Below the pieces are notes generated by a model. The model searched no databases. It had not been told where the DNA came from and saw only the letters and a program-made list of their open reading frames with translations. Both the position numbers and the translations under genes were made by a program. From assembly GCA_964414635.1 (NCBI GenBank), contig CAYPZJ010000002.1, forward strand, positions 1 to 38,105: 38,105 nucleotides of DNA, given 5' to 3'. Source of the DNA: an uncultured Spirochaetia bacterium. GTDB taxonomy: Bacteria; Spirochaetota; UBA6919; CAYPZJ01. Shown here piece by piece: positions 18,188 to 26,083 of this stretch. How positions within the stretch are numbered: position 1 is the stretch's first letter; every line of letters begins with the position of its first letter.

Positions 18188-19519
18188 ATGAAAACAATCG
18201 CTATTGTTGGACGCCCTAATGTAGGGAAGTCCAGTCTGTTTAATGAGTTAATCCGCCAACGGAAAGCAATTATTGATCCCACACCTGGAGTAACCCGAGA
18301 TATCCTTACCCATGTCATTACCATCCATGATCGAAGCGGAATTCTTGTTGATACCGGAGGGATCACCGACGATTACATCGATTCCTTTACCGATATCATC
18401 ATCGATCAAACGAAAAAAGCTATCGCCATGGCAGATGCGTTGGTGTTTGTTGTGGAGGTGGGGCAACTTGTTCCGGATGATTATCGCATTGGAGAACTGC
18501 TGCGGGAAACAACCAAACCTGTTGTGTTGGTGGTAAATAAAGTAGATAATGAACAACGGGAATTATGGGTTAGTGAAGCGTATGAATTAGGGTTAGGAGA
18601 TCCGTTGGATGTATCTGCAGCACATCGCAAAAACTTAGGCGCACTGGAAGAGAAACTATATGAACTGATAGAGCCTTCCAATGAAGAGGCTGAATCTTCC
18701 ACTTCGGACGAATCCATTCTTCATATTAGTATCATTGGGAAACCCAATGTAGGGAAATCAACCCTTCTTAATTTATTATTGGGCTATGAACGCGCGCTTG
18801 TATCGGATATTGCGGGAACAACCCGTGATAGTATTGATGAGCGTGTTATTCTCGAAGGTAAGCATGTGTGCTTCATTGATACAGCGGGGATTCGAAGAAA
18901 ATCAAGTGTGGAAGAACAATTAGAATTTTATAGTATCAATCGAGCATTAAAAAGTATTGAACGCTCCCAGGTGGTTTTACACCTGATTGATTCGGTGGAG
19001 CATATCTCCACACAGGATAAGAAAATAGCTGGCATCGCGATGAATTCCAAAAAAGCATTGATTTTTGTAGTAAATAAATGGGATTTGCAAACCACTCAAG
19101 ATAAACGGACGAAAACCGAGTATATCGATTGGATTCGTTTTCGGTTTGCAGTATCTTCTTATATCCCGATTATTCCCATTTCCTGCCATACGGGATTTGG
19201 GATCAACCAACTTCGGAAAGCCATCTTTCAAATTTATGGGAATTATGTGAAGCGTGTGGAAACCGCTAAGCTTAATCAAGCGCTGGAGGAATGGATTACT
19301 CGCTATCCTCCACCTGGTTTCGGCAGGCAGCAATTAAAAATCCTGTATGGTTCACAAATAAATACTGCGCCACCCCGATTCTCATTTTCTATTAACCACC
19401 AACGGTATCTCACTGATAATTATCGCTCCTATTTAACCAATTGCATTCGGGATCATTTTGGTTTTGAAGGGGTTCCTATTACCTTACTATTTCGTGATCG
19501 GCGCCATAATAAAAAATAA
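18188..19519 (+). CDS. der: ribosome-associated GTPase Der/EngA (tandem G domains plus KH-like domain)
   Basis: Two P-loops, GRPNVGKSSLFN and GKPNVGKSTLLN. DTGG/DTAG and NKVD/NKWD motifs. 443 aa. Confidence 0.95.
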   Translation: MKTIAIVGRPNVGKSSLFNELIRQRKAIIDPTPGVTRDILTHVITIHDRSGILVDTGGITDDYIDSFTDIIIDQTKKAIAMADALVFVVEVGQLVPDDYRIGELLRETTKPVVLVVNKVDNEQRELWVSEAYELGLGDPLDVSAAHRKNLGALEEKLYELIEPSNEEAESSTSDESILHISIIGKPNVGKSTLLNLLLGYERALVSDIAGTTRDSIDERVILEGKHVCFIDTAGIRRKSSVEEQLEFYSINRALKSIERSQVVLHLIDSVEHISTQDKKIAGIAMNSKKALIFVVNKWDLQTTQDKRTKTEYIDWIRFRFAVSSYIPIIPISCHTGFGINQLRKAIFQIYGNYVKRVETAKLNQALEEWITRYPPPGFGRQQLKILYGSQINTAPPRFSFSINHQRYLTDNYRSYLTNCIRDHFGFEGVPITLLFRDRRHNKK

Positions 19520-19547
19520 TCACGTCAAAGGAGATTAACGACATCCC

Positions 19548-20633
19548 ATGCCTAAAAAAAAGGAAGGCAAACTAAGTCGCTTCGCCCCCGATTGGCAATC
19601 GAAACAGCAAGATGCAGAACCATTGCAAATCTGTATTTTAGGGGGAGGTGCATTTGGAACCGCGTTGGCACTTTCTGCCTCCGAAAAAAATAGGGTATGC
19701 GTTTGGGAATACGATCCGGCACGGGTGGAACAGGTTCGTACTACTCGAATGAATCCGCTCGCCTTAGAGGGGATTCGGCTTCCAGAATCAATTGGATTTA
19801 CCACTGATATGGGGGAAGCCCTGGAAGGAGCGGATCTTGTTATATTTGCGATTCCTTCCCATTTTATGCGCAGAACGGCTGAACAAGCTGTTCCGCATAT
19901 TTTGCCTAAAACTATTATTGCCACGGTAGCAAAAGGTATTGAGGAAAACACCGATTTACGCATGACCCAAATTCTTAAACATTTCTTTAAAAAACATCCT
20001 ATTCTGGCGATCTCAGGACCTACCCATGCAGAAGAAATTGCCCAGCGCCTTCCTACTACGTTGATTATAGCTGGGAAACGCAAAGAAGTATGCCAACGCG
20101 TTCAATATGCGTTGATGACACCCTATTTGCGAATATACACCAATAAGGACGTACTGGGGGTTGAACTTGCGGGAGCTCTGAAAAATATTATCGCGATTGG
20201 GTGTGGGATGAGTGATGGTATTGGGTTTGGAGATAATGCGAAAAGCGCATTAATGACACGGGGTTTAGCAGAAATGATTCGGTTTGGGAAAAAGATGGGA
20301 GCAAAAGCAAAAACATTTCATGGCTTAGCAGGTATTGGGGATTTAATCACGACGTGCTATAGTAAATATGGGCGGAATTTATTTGTGGGAAGGCAACTGG
20401 GAATGGGGAAAAAGCTGGATGATATTTTAGCAGGGATGACCCAGGTTGCGGAAGGAGTGCGGACAACCCATGCTGTACATGAGATTGCTAAAAAAGAAGA
20501 TATTGAAATGCCGATTACATCACAGATGTACGCAGTGATGTTTGAAGGACGCCCCATAAAAGAAGCGGTCTCTGGATTGATGGAACGATCTGCAAAAAGC
20601 GAAGATTATGATTATTCGAAAGACGCAATATAA
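19548..20633 (+). CDS. gpsA: NAD(P)H-dependent glycerol-3-phosphate dehydrogenase
   Basis: ILGGGAFGTALA Rossmann motif, then GPTHAEE, LKNIIAIGCGMSDG and TCYSKYGRN. It has an N-terminal extension of about 25 aa before the Rossmann motif. Confidence 0.95.
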   Translation: MPKKKEGKLSRFAPDWQSKQQDAEPLQICILGGGAFGTALALSASEKNRVCVWEYDPARVEQVRTTRMNPLALEGIRLPESIGFTTDMGEALEGADLVIFAIPSHFMRRTAEQAVPHILPKTIIATVAKGIEENTDLRMTQILKHFFKKHPILAISGPTHAEEIAQRLPTTLIIAGKRKEVCQRVQYALMTPYLRIYTNKDVLGVELAGALKNIIAIGCGMSDGIGFGDNAKSALMTRGLAEMIRFGKKMGAKAKTFHGLAGIGDLITTCYSKYGRNLFVGRQLGMGKKLDDILAGMTQVAEGVRTTHAVHEIAKKEDIEMPITSQMYAVMFEGRPIKEAVSGLMERSAKSEDYDYSKDAI

Positions 20634-20660
20634 TAGGATGATAGATATCCACCTCTTTTC

Positions 20661-20674
20661 GATCGAACGTTCGT
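20661..20674. repeat. direct repeat copy 1, GATCGAACGTTCGT (contains the 10-bp palindrome CGAACGTTCG)
   Basis: An exact 14-nt copy recurs 156 nt downstream at 20817-20830. The flanks are loosely similar (GAATTT...GG). Confidence 0.7.
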
Positions 20675-20735
20675 GGATGAATTTCAAACGGATGAAAAGT
20701 ACAATCACCCTAATTGGTTTTAACCAGTAATTAAA

Positions 20736-20766
20736 GGGTGTCGTACGGCGAAGCCGCACGACACCC
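20736..20766. other. strong GC-rich hairpin in the gpsA-NTase spacer
   Basis: GGGTGTCGT-a-CGGC-gaa-GCCG-c-ACGACACCC, 13 bp with a 1x1 internal mismatch. No T run follows on the plus strand. On the minus strand it is followed by TTTAATTA. A second, imperfect hairpin lies at 20710-20733. Confidence 0.5.
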
Positions 20767-20816
20767 CAAAGAAATCCACTTGCTGGGAGTACAAGCATTT
20801 ACATCACTTTGAGACA

Positions 20817-20830
20817 GATCGAACGTTCGT
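20817..20830. repeat. direct repeat copy 2, GATCGAACGTTCGT
   Basis: Exact repeat of 20661-20674. It lies 46 nt upstream of the NTase start codon. Confidence 0.7.
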
Positions 20831-20875
20831 TAGAATTTTGGAAGGGTGTGATTTTTATGTTATTTTTGTAAGCCG

Positions 20876-21382
20876 ATGGATAATTTTTTGTTTGATTTCC
20901 TCCAGAAGCTATATAAACATCAGGTAGATTTCGTTATTTGTGGTGGAATCGCTTGCGTTTTGCAGGGGTGTGAACGGACGACGTACGATTTAGATATCGC
21001 TTTATTGATGTCCAAAAAAAACCTGGATCGGTTCATCGATGTTGTGAAAGCAAGCCAGCTGATTCCCCGTATACCTGAGCCCCTTGAGTATTTATCAAAC
21101 GAATCCCATCGTACCCGATGGATGGAAGAGAAAAATGCCCTTGTATATACTGTTCTCGATCAAAAAGGACTACTACAAGTAGATGTTCTTTTAAGCTACC
21201 CAATCGAATACACCTACCTTCGTGATCGGGCAGATTTGTTTGAAGTGGAGGATTGTACGTTGTTGGTTTCTTCTATTGTGGATCTATTAAGGGCAAAAAA
21301 GCAGATTACTCCACTCAGAAGAAAAGATCAAGAAGATATTGCGATATTAACGGAGTTACTTCATGCACAAGCAAAAAAATGA
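20876..21382 (+). CDS. minimal nucleotidyltransferase-fold protein (168 aa)
   Basis: ICGGIACVLQGCERTTYDLDIAL matches the GG...G..R.T.DxD signature of Pol-beta-superfamily NTases (AbiEii-, Lnu- and ANT-like N-terminal motif). No obvious SD. Confidence 0.7.
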   Translation: MDNFLFDFLQKLYKHQVDFVICGGIACVLQGCERTTYDLDIALLMSKKNLDRFIDVVKASQLIPRIPEPLEYLSNESHRTRWMEEKNALVYTVLDQKGLLQVDVLLSYPIEYTYLRDRADLFEVEDCTLLVSSIVDLLRAKKQITPLRRKDQEDIAILTELLHAQAKK

Positions 21383-21527
21383 CCCACCGGTGCATCCGGA
21401 TTTTGATGGGCATCTGGAAAAGGAATTAAAAAGCATGACTCCATTGGAAAAGTTGGCGTATCTTTCCCAACAAATTGCTCTCCGCCATTTTCTTCAAACC
21501 CAGGTGAAGCGTAAATGTAATGATTGA
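21363..21527 (+). CDS. unannotated small ORF (54 aa) overlapping the NTase 3' end by 20 nt
   Basis: The ATG at 21363 is preceded by GGAG (21352-21355) at a 7-nt spacing. Peptide: MHKQKNDPPVHPDFDGHLEKELKSMTPLEKLAYLSQQIALRHFLQTQVKRKCND. It falls below the 60-aa cutoff of the ORF track. Confidence 0.4.
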   Translation: MHKQKNDPPVHPDFDGHLEKELKSMTPLEKLAYLSQQIALRHFLQTQVKRKCND

Positions 21528-21556
21528 GCGGGTTAGTTGCCTTTTACAAGTGGGCG

Positions 21557-22705
21557 TTAATATGCAGAAGTGAGAATATTATATATATCGTCTTTGGATA
21601 CAGCACGGGGAAGATAATGCAGGAAGTCATATCCTTTGGCGATGGATGCCACATCATAAAACTTTCCTTTATCAATATCCAGTTCCGATAACTTCTGAGG
21701 TACTTTAAGGTTAAACATGATTTTACGGATGGATTCAATGGATTTGATTGCTGCTTCCACTACGGTTAATTCGCCCGTTTGTTCTCCAAATGCTTTCGCA
21801 ATACTAACATAGCGTTGGGGTACAGATGTCAAGTTGAATTCCATAACCTGGGGAAGTAATATAGCATTCACAATTCCCTGATAAACACCAAAAACCGATG
21901 CCAATGCCAATGCTAATGCATAGGTGATTCCAGGTGCACTGTGATTCAACGCAATGGATCCCATGATCGCACCGGTGCATAAATTCATACGAAGATTGAT
22001 GGCTTCATTGTCTTGAACCGCTTTCACAAGATTCTGCCCCACAAATTCAATGGAACGCAATGCATAAGGATCTGACATAGGTGTCGCGGCTTTTGATATG
22101 TAGGATTCCACTCCCAATGATATTAATTCAATACCTTGTAAGCGAGTGTAATCCGCGGGTACTTGGGATGTGACTTTCCCATCGTATAGAATTACGTCCG
22201 CATAATTGATGTCACTTTCCAACGATTTGAGTACCCGATCGTATTTATCTAAAATATAAAACCGATTGGTAAGTCCGGGTATCAATCCCACACCTGTTGG
22301 AACTTCTACGTATTTTACTTTTTTTATATCCGATGGTTTCCGTCCGAGGAAATACTCCTCGATATTTCCATCATTGTTTACCATAAAGGCGATGGCTTTC
22401 GCTACATTTAAGGTGGATTTACGACCAAAACCAATGATGACATCACACTTGGCATGACGGGCTTGATCGGCACCATCATTTACCAAATCGCTATTGGCTT
22501 CCTGGTGCACCTTATTGTAAGTCAATACACCAAATACTTCACGTTCGATCGCTTGCTTGATTTTTGTTAGATATCCCGATTCATTCGCGGTTGCATCGTC
22601 GGTCACCAGCATAACCTTTTCACCCAGGGACTTTATTACTTCACCGATACTTGAGATATTCCCCTGACCAAAAACCACTTTCGTAGGTACATAGAAATTA
22701 AACAT
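21557..22705 (-). CDS. iron-containing alcohol dehydrogenase-fold protein with a degenerate active site (probable pseudoenzyme)
   Basis: It aligns along its full length by eye to group III ADHs such as FucO. Examples: ..[11 protein letters not shown] vs ..IVNAILLPQVM, and ..KAIG vs ..KAIA. The metal ligands and the GGGS motif are replaced (see findings). GGAG lies upstream of the ATG. Confidence 0.85.
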   Translation of the reverse strand: MFNFYVPTKVVFGQGNISSIGEVIKSLGEKVMLVTDDATANESGYLTKIKQAIEREVFGVLTYNKVHQEANSDLVNDGADQARHAKCDVIIGFGRKSTLNVAKAIAFMVNNDGNIEEYFLGRKPSDIKKVKYVEVPTGVGLIPGLTNRFYILDKYDRVLKSLESDINYADVILYDGKVTSQVPADYTRLQGIELISLGVESYISKAATPMSDPYALRSIEFVGQNLVKAVQDNEAINLRMNLCTGAIMGSIALNHSAPGITYALALALASVFGVYQGIVNAILLPQVMEFNLTSVPQRYVSIAKAFGEQTGELTVVEAAIKSIESIRKIMFNLKVPQKLSELDIDKGKFYDVASIAKGYDFLHYLPRAVSKDDIYNILTSAY

Positions 22706-22861
22706 AGAGTAACTCCGTTACAAGGTTTCTAACTACTCCACAACGTTGCGCTAAATTCAAATTCATTTGGCAATCGTCTTTTTTACTATCGGTAGCGATT
22801 TCTCAATAATTTAATTATCGGGTGGTTTTCATCGGAAATGGGACGGTTTTTTTATGGGTGG

Positions 22862-24730
22862 TTATAAATCTAATCCGGGGATCTCGGTTCGAGGGATGGT
22901 GAGGTAGTGAAGTCGATTATTATGCCCATCGGAAACCACCAGATGGACATCTCCATTCGTATCAACAACCCCATCCAGGTATGCACACATATCAAATTCT
23001 CCCAAGTCTTCTCCAAACTTACCAACTGTATACTGTTCCGATATCGTACTACTCTGATATGCACCTATGAAAACATAGTTTTGAACCGATCGTGCTCCAT
23101 ACACTTCAAACGCATCACCTACCTCGTAAATAAACAGCGAATTCATATCGGAAAAGTTATCATCATTGGTCGTCGTTGTATCTACATCGGGAAGCGCAAA
23201 CCGATCTTTGTATGAGATCATCCCCGCACTATGGGTAAACCGCAAAATTTCACTCTGAAACGTTCCCTCTTCGATTGTTTCATCCGATCCATCCGCGGGA
23301 TAGGAATTAACAACATACACATGATTCGGTGTAACCCGAATGGCAGAAAGATGAGCTAATCGAGTATCACCAGCATACATACGATCCTGATCAACTCGAA
23401 TTCCATCGGGAGTATAAACCGCTCCACTATCATCCACGACCCACAATTCATAATGGTCAAGTGCTCCACTTAAGTCACCTAGAGTGGTAAGATCTCCTGC
23501 TTCCAATTCACTCCGAATCGTGTTGTATAAGGTTGCATCTTCAAACGTATACCGTTCCAACAATCCGTACGCGTCCATCAAAATACACGAATGGGTATCC
23601 GGTTCCCAAATAAAGAATAACTGGTAGGATTCCAATTCCGTATCAAAAATGGTAGTAAGCGTAGAAAATACGGATAGCATATTCCCATCAGCATCTTCCA
23701 CAAACCCGAGGGAATCCGCTGTATATGCCGTTCCCGTTTCATCCACTACGTTATTTGTATTATCCCATGTATATTCATTCCCAGCGGAATCTACCCAATG
23801 GTGGTGCATTCCCGTGCCTTGAAGAATATATTGCTCCTGGACAACGGTACTCGCTGCATTAATCAATTGATTGGATCCATTAAGGGTTAGCTCTTGTTGA
23901 TCTACCCGATTCCCGCCCTGATCGTACACCCGAATAAACATACGTGTTTTAATATCTTCATAAGGGCGATCGGAAACCATGGAAAAATTACGGCTATAAC
24001 TCCCTGCAAGAAAGATATATCCGTTATAGGCGCTGATGCGTACGTTATGTCCCAAAAAATATGCCACATTACTACTTTCCGGCGTAGTCAGTTGTGGTTC
24101 TATCTCTCCGGTTCCTCCACTATCTATTGTAAAATAGGGGGATCCATCTAATTCTTCAAACGGTGTACGTGCCCATTCATAGGTTCCCGCGCTATTAAAT
24201 TTTGAAATACGATAACGATAAATAGTTGTACTATTGTTTTGATAAGCAGAATTAGCGATATAATACCCTTCATACGTATATATATCACCGGTAACCGGAT
24301 CGGCTGTCACCAATTGAGGAGAAATAAAAGAAGAAGGACCATCTCCAACTGTTGCTTGGGTATTATTTGCCCGATCAAAATAATCCACTTCACAATGCGT
24401 TTCGTAATCGAGTTCGGAATTATCATCTTTTAAATATGATAAGGGGTATTCAAATCGTTGAATGCGATTTTTATACCGATCCACAATATACAAGGCACCG
24501 GTGGTGGGATCAATACTGACCCCCAAAGGAAGTAAAAACGCACCTGGTTGACTGGTATCGTACCGGTACGCGTCAATCCCAAATATCTGATCATCGAATT
24601 CACCCGAACTCAAGGATAAACCATGAGGAGGTGCATACGATGGGATTTCTTCTGGATCGCAAGCGACGAGTACCGCGGCTAGTAATATCAGTACGAATAG
24701 CAATGGAATGCCGAATTGATATGTATTCAT
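22862..24730 (-). CDS. NHL-repeat beta-propeller lipoprotein (622 aa)
   Basis: Lipobox AAVLVAC. NHL-type motifs ALYIVDRYKNRIQRF and HLVVSDGHNNRLHYL. Confidence 0.8.
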   Translation of the reverse strand: MNTYQFGIPLLFVLILLAAVLVACDPEEIPSYAPPHGLSLSSGEFDDQIFGIDAYRYDTSQPGAFLLPLGVSIDPTTGALYIVDRYKNRIQRFEYPLSYLKDDNSELDYETHCEVDYFDRANNTQATVGDGPSSFISPQLVTADPVTGDIYTYEGYYIANSAYQNNSTTIYRYRISKFNSAGTYEWARTPFEELDGSPYFTIDSGGTGEIEPQLTTPESSNVAYFLGHNVRISAYNGYIFLAGSYSRNFSMVSDRPYEDIKTRMFIRVYDQGGNRVDQQELTLNGSNQLINAASTVVQEQYILQGTGMHHHWVDSAGNEYTWDNTNNVVDETGTAYTADSLGFVEDADGNMLSVFSTLTTIFDTELESYQLFFIWEPDTHSCILMDAYGLLERYTFEDATLYNTIRSELEAGDLTTLGDLSGALDHYELWVVDDSGAVYTPDGIRVDQDRMYAGDTRLAHLSAIRVTPNHVYVVNSYPADGSDETIEEGTFQSEILRFTHSAGMISYKDRFALPDVDTTTTNDDNFSDMNSLFIYEVGDAFEVYGARSVQNYVFIGAYQSSTISEQYTVGKFGEDLGEFDMCAYLDGVVDTNGDVHLVVSDGHNNRLHYLTIPRTEIPGLDL

Positions 24731-24830
24731 GAGTACCTCATTTTGGGCGGCATGTGCACCCGAGTCCGTACACGTAAAGTTAACACCGAATAGCTTTTTT
24801 ACATACTATTTTTAGAACAGGGAACAAATC

Positions 24831-24861
24831 CACAAAAAAAGCATCGACTCATTTTTTTGTG
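24831..24861. promoter_or_regulatory. A/T-rich inverted repeat in the divergent NHL/cupin promoter region
   Basis: CACAAAAAAA (24831-24840), 11 nt, TTTTTTTGTG (24852-24861). The 10-bp arms are perfect. It lies immediately upstream of TTTACA (24863-24868). Confidence 0.45.
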
Positions 24862-24926
24862 TTTACAATCTTTTTTCCAAGCATTACTTTTATATGGGAT
24901 AATAAATGATCGAAAGGAGCCAACCT

Positions 24927-25295
24927 ATGGCATATCATGTACATAGAAAAGAAGATGCCGATCGTACCAAAAAAGTCGAACCCTGGGGGAATCTATCCTG
25001 GATGGCAGGGGAACACCTAAACAATGCCCAAGCCATAACATTCGGTAGGGTTGTGATCAACAAAGGAGAATCCAATCCACGTCACTGCCATTCCAATTGC
25101 GAAGAAATTTTATACTTGCTGACAGGAAAATTGGATCATTCCATCGGTGATGATCATGTTATCCTTAACCCAGGGGATACCTTAATTGTCAAACCTGGAG
25201 TATTTCACAACGCTGTAAGTATAGGAGAGGAGCAGGCGGATATGATTGTCGCATATTCGGCTGGAATCCGCAATTTTGAACTCGAATCGGAATAG
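24927..25295 (+). CDS. cupin-domain protein (metal-binding motifs intact)
   Basis: GESNPRHCHSNCEEILYLLTG (cupin motif 1) and GDTLIVKPGVFHNAVS (cupin motif 2). AAGGAG lies 7 nt upstream of the ATG at 24927. The track start at 24906 was rejected. Confidence 0.8.
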   Translation: MAYHVHRKEDADRTKKVEPWGNLSWMAGEHLNNAQAITFGRVVINKGESNPRHCHSNCEEILYLLTGKLDHSIGDDHVILNPGDTLIVKPGVFHNAVSIGEEQADMIVAYSAGIRNFELESE

Positions 25296-25336
25296 GGTTT
25301 TTATACTTAATCTAAACTGTCTTGGAGGGGGTGCGA

Positions 25337-26080
25337 ATGAGTCGAATCATGGGAAGTCCATGTAACAATCCTGAATTGGATTTAGACCAGCTTTTAGAGG
25401 AATTTCATCGAATAGGATACCACAAAGTGGAATTATTCACGAGTTGGGCAAAATCAGCGGTGGATATTCTTCAGGGACCTTCGATCTATCTTAAAAAATC
25501 GAAGGAAACAAATATGAGTTTTGGGTCCCTTCATCTACCCAACATCACCGATGATCTGGATCATTCATTGGAACAGGCAGTCGATGCAACCGAATTTGCA
25601 CATATGTTGGGAATTCCGGTAGTATTGTTTAAGGCATCTACGATCGAATTGTACATCCAAGCTGCAAAACCCTATCTTGAAGCCATAGAACATTTAAATG
25701 TCATCCCTGTTGTGCAGAACCATTCTGGTACTGCCTTGGCAACAGTTGAGGACTATACCCATGTTATCCGTGGAATTAACGACGATCGGATGCATACGTT
25801 GTTGGAAGTGGGGCATTTTCATTCCGTCGGGGTGTCCTGGAAAGAAGGATACGAGTTATTAGGAGAATCCATCGCGTTGATTCATATTAAGGATCAAATT
25901 GGAGCGCAATCGGTTCCATTTGGTACGGGTGAAATTGATCTCAGCGGATTAATCCATCACATGGATCAGGTGGGATACCAAGGAGATTATGTATTGGAAA
26001 TGGAAGTAATGGATACTGAAAATTCGCTTCGTTACCAATACGAAGCAATCGCTTATTTAAATCAGTTAGGGTTGGAGTAA
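25337..26080 (+). CDS. xylose-isomerase-like TIM-barrel protein (sugar phosphate isomerase/epimerase family)
   Basis: Family landmarks GYHKVELF, VVLFKAS, VVQNHSGT, LLEVGHFHSVG, LIHIKD and VLEMEV. GGAGG lies 8 nt upstream of the ATG at 25337. Confidence 0.8.
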   Translation: MSRIMGSPCNNPELDLDQLLEEFHRIGYHKVELFTSWAKSAVDILQGPSIYLKKSKETNMSFGSLHLPNITDDLDHSLEQAVDATEFAHMLGIPVVLFKASTIELYIQAAKPYLEAIEHLNVIPVVQNHSGTALATVEDYTHVIRGINDDRMHTLLEVGHFHSVGVSWKEGYELLGESIALIHIKDQIGAQSVPFGTGEIDLSGLIHHMDQVGYQGDYVLEMEVMDTENSLRYQYEAIAYLNQLGLE

Positions 26081-26083
26081 GGT

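Noticed and set aside
19535-20083. A 182-aa ORF antisense to gpsA.
   Set aside because: It lies entirely opposite a confidently identified, conserved gene. Its product is Arg/Ser/Cys-rich and low in complexity, and it has no SD. This is a typical shadow ORF in the codon-aligned antisense frame.
20661-20830. The palindrome CGAACGTTCG read as a Gram-positive-type LexA (Cheo) box.
   Set aside because: The Cheo box is GAAC-N4-GTTC. Here the two half-sites abut with no spacer, so the geometry does not fit. AACGTT also occurs at several unrelated places in the window.
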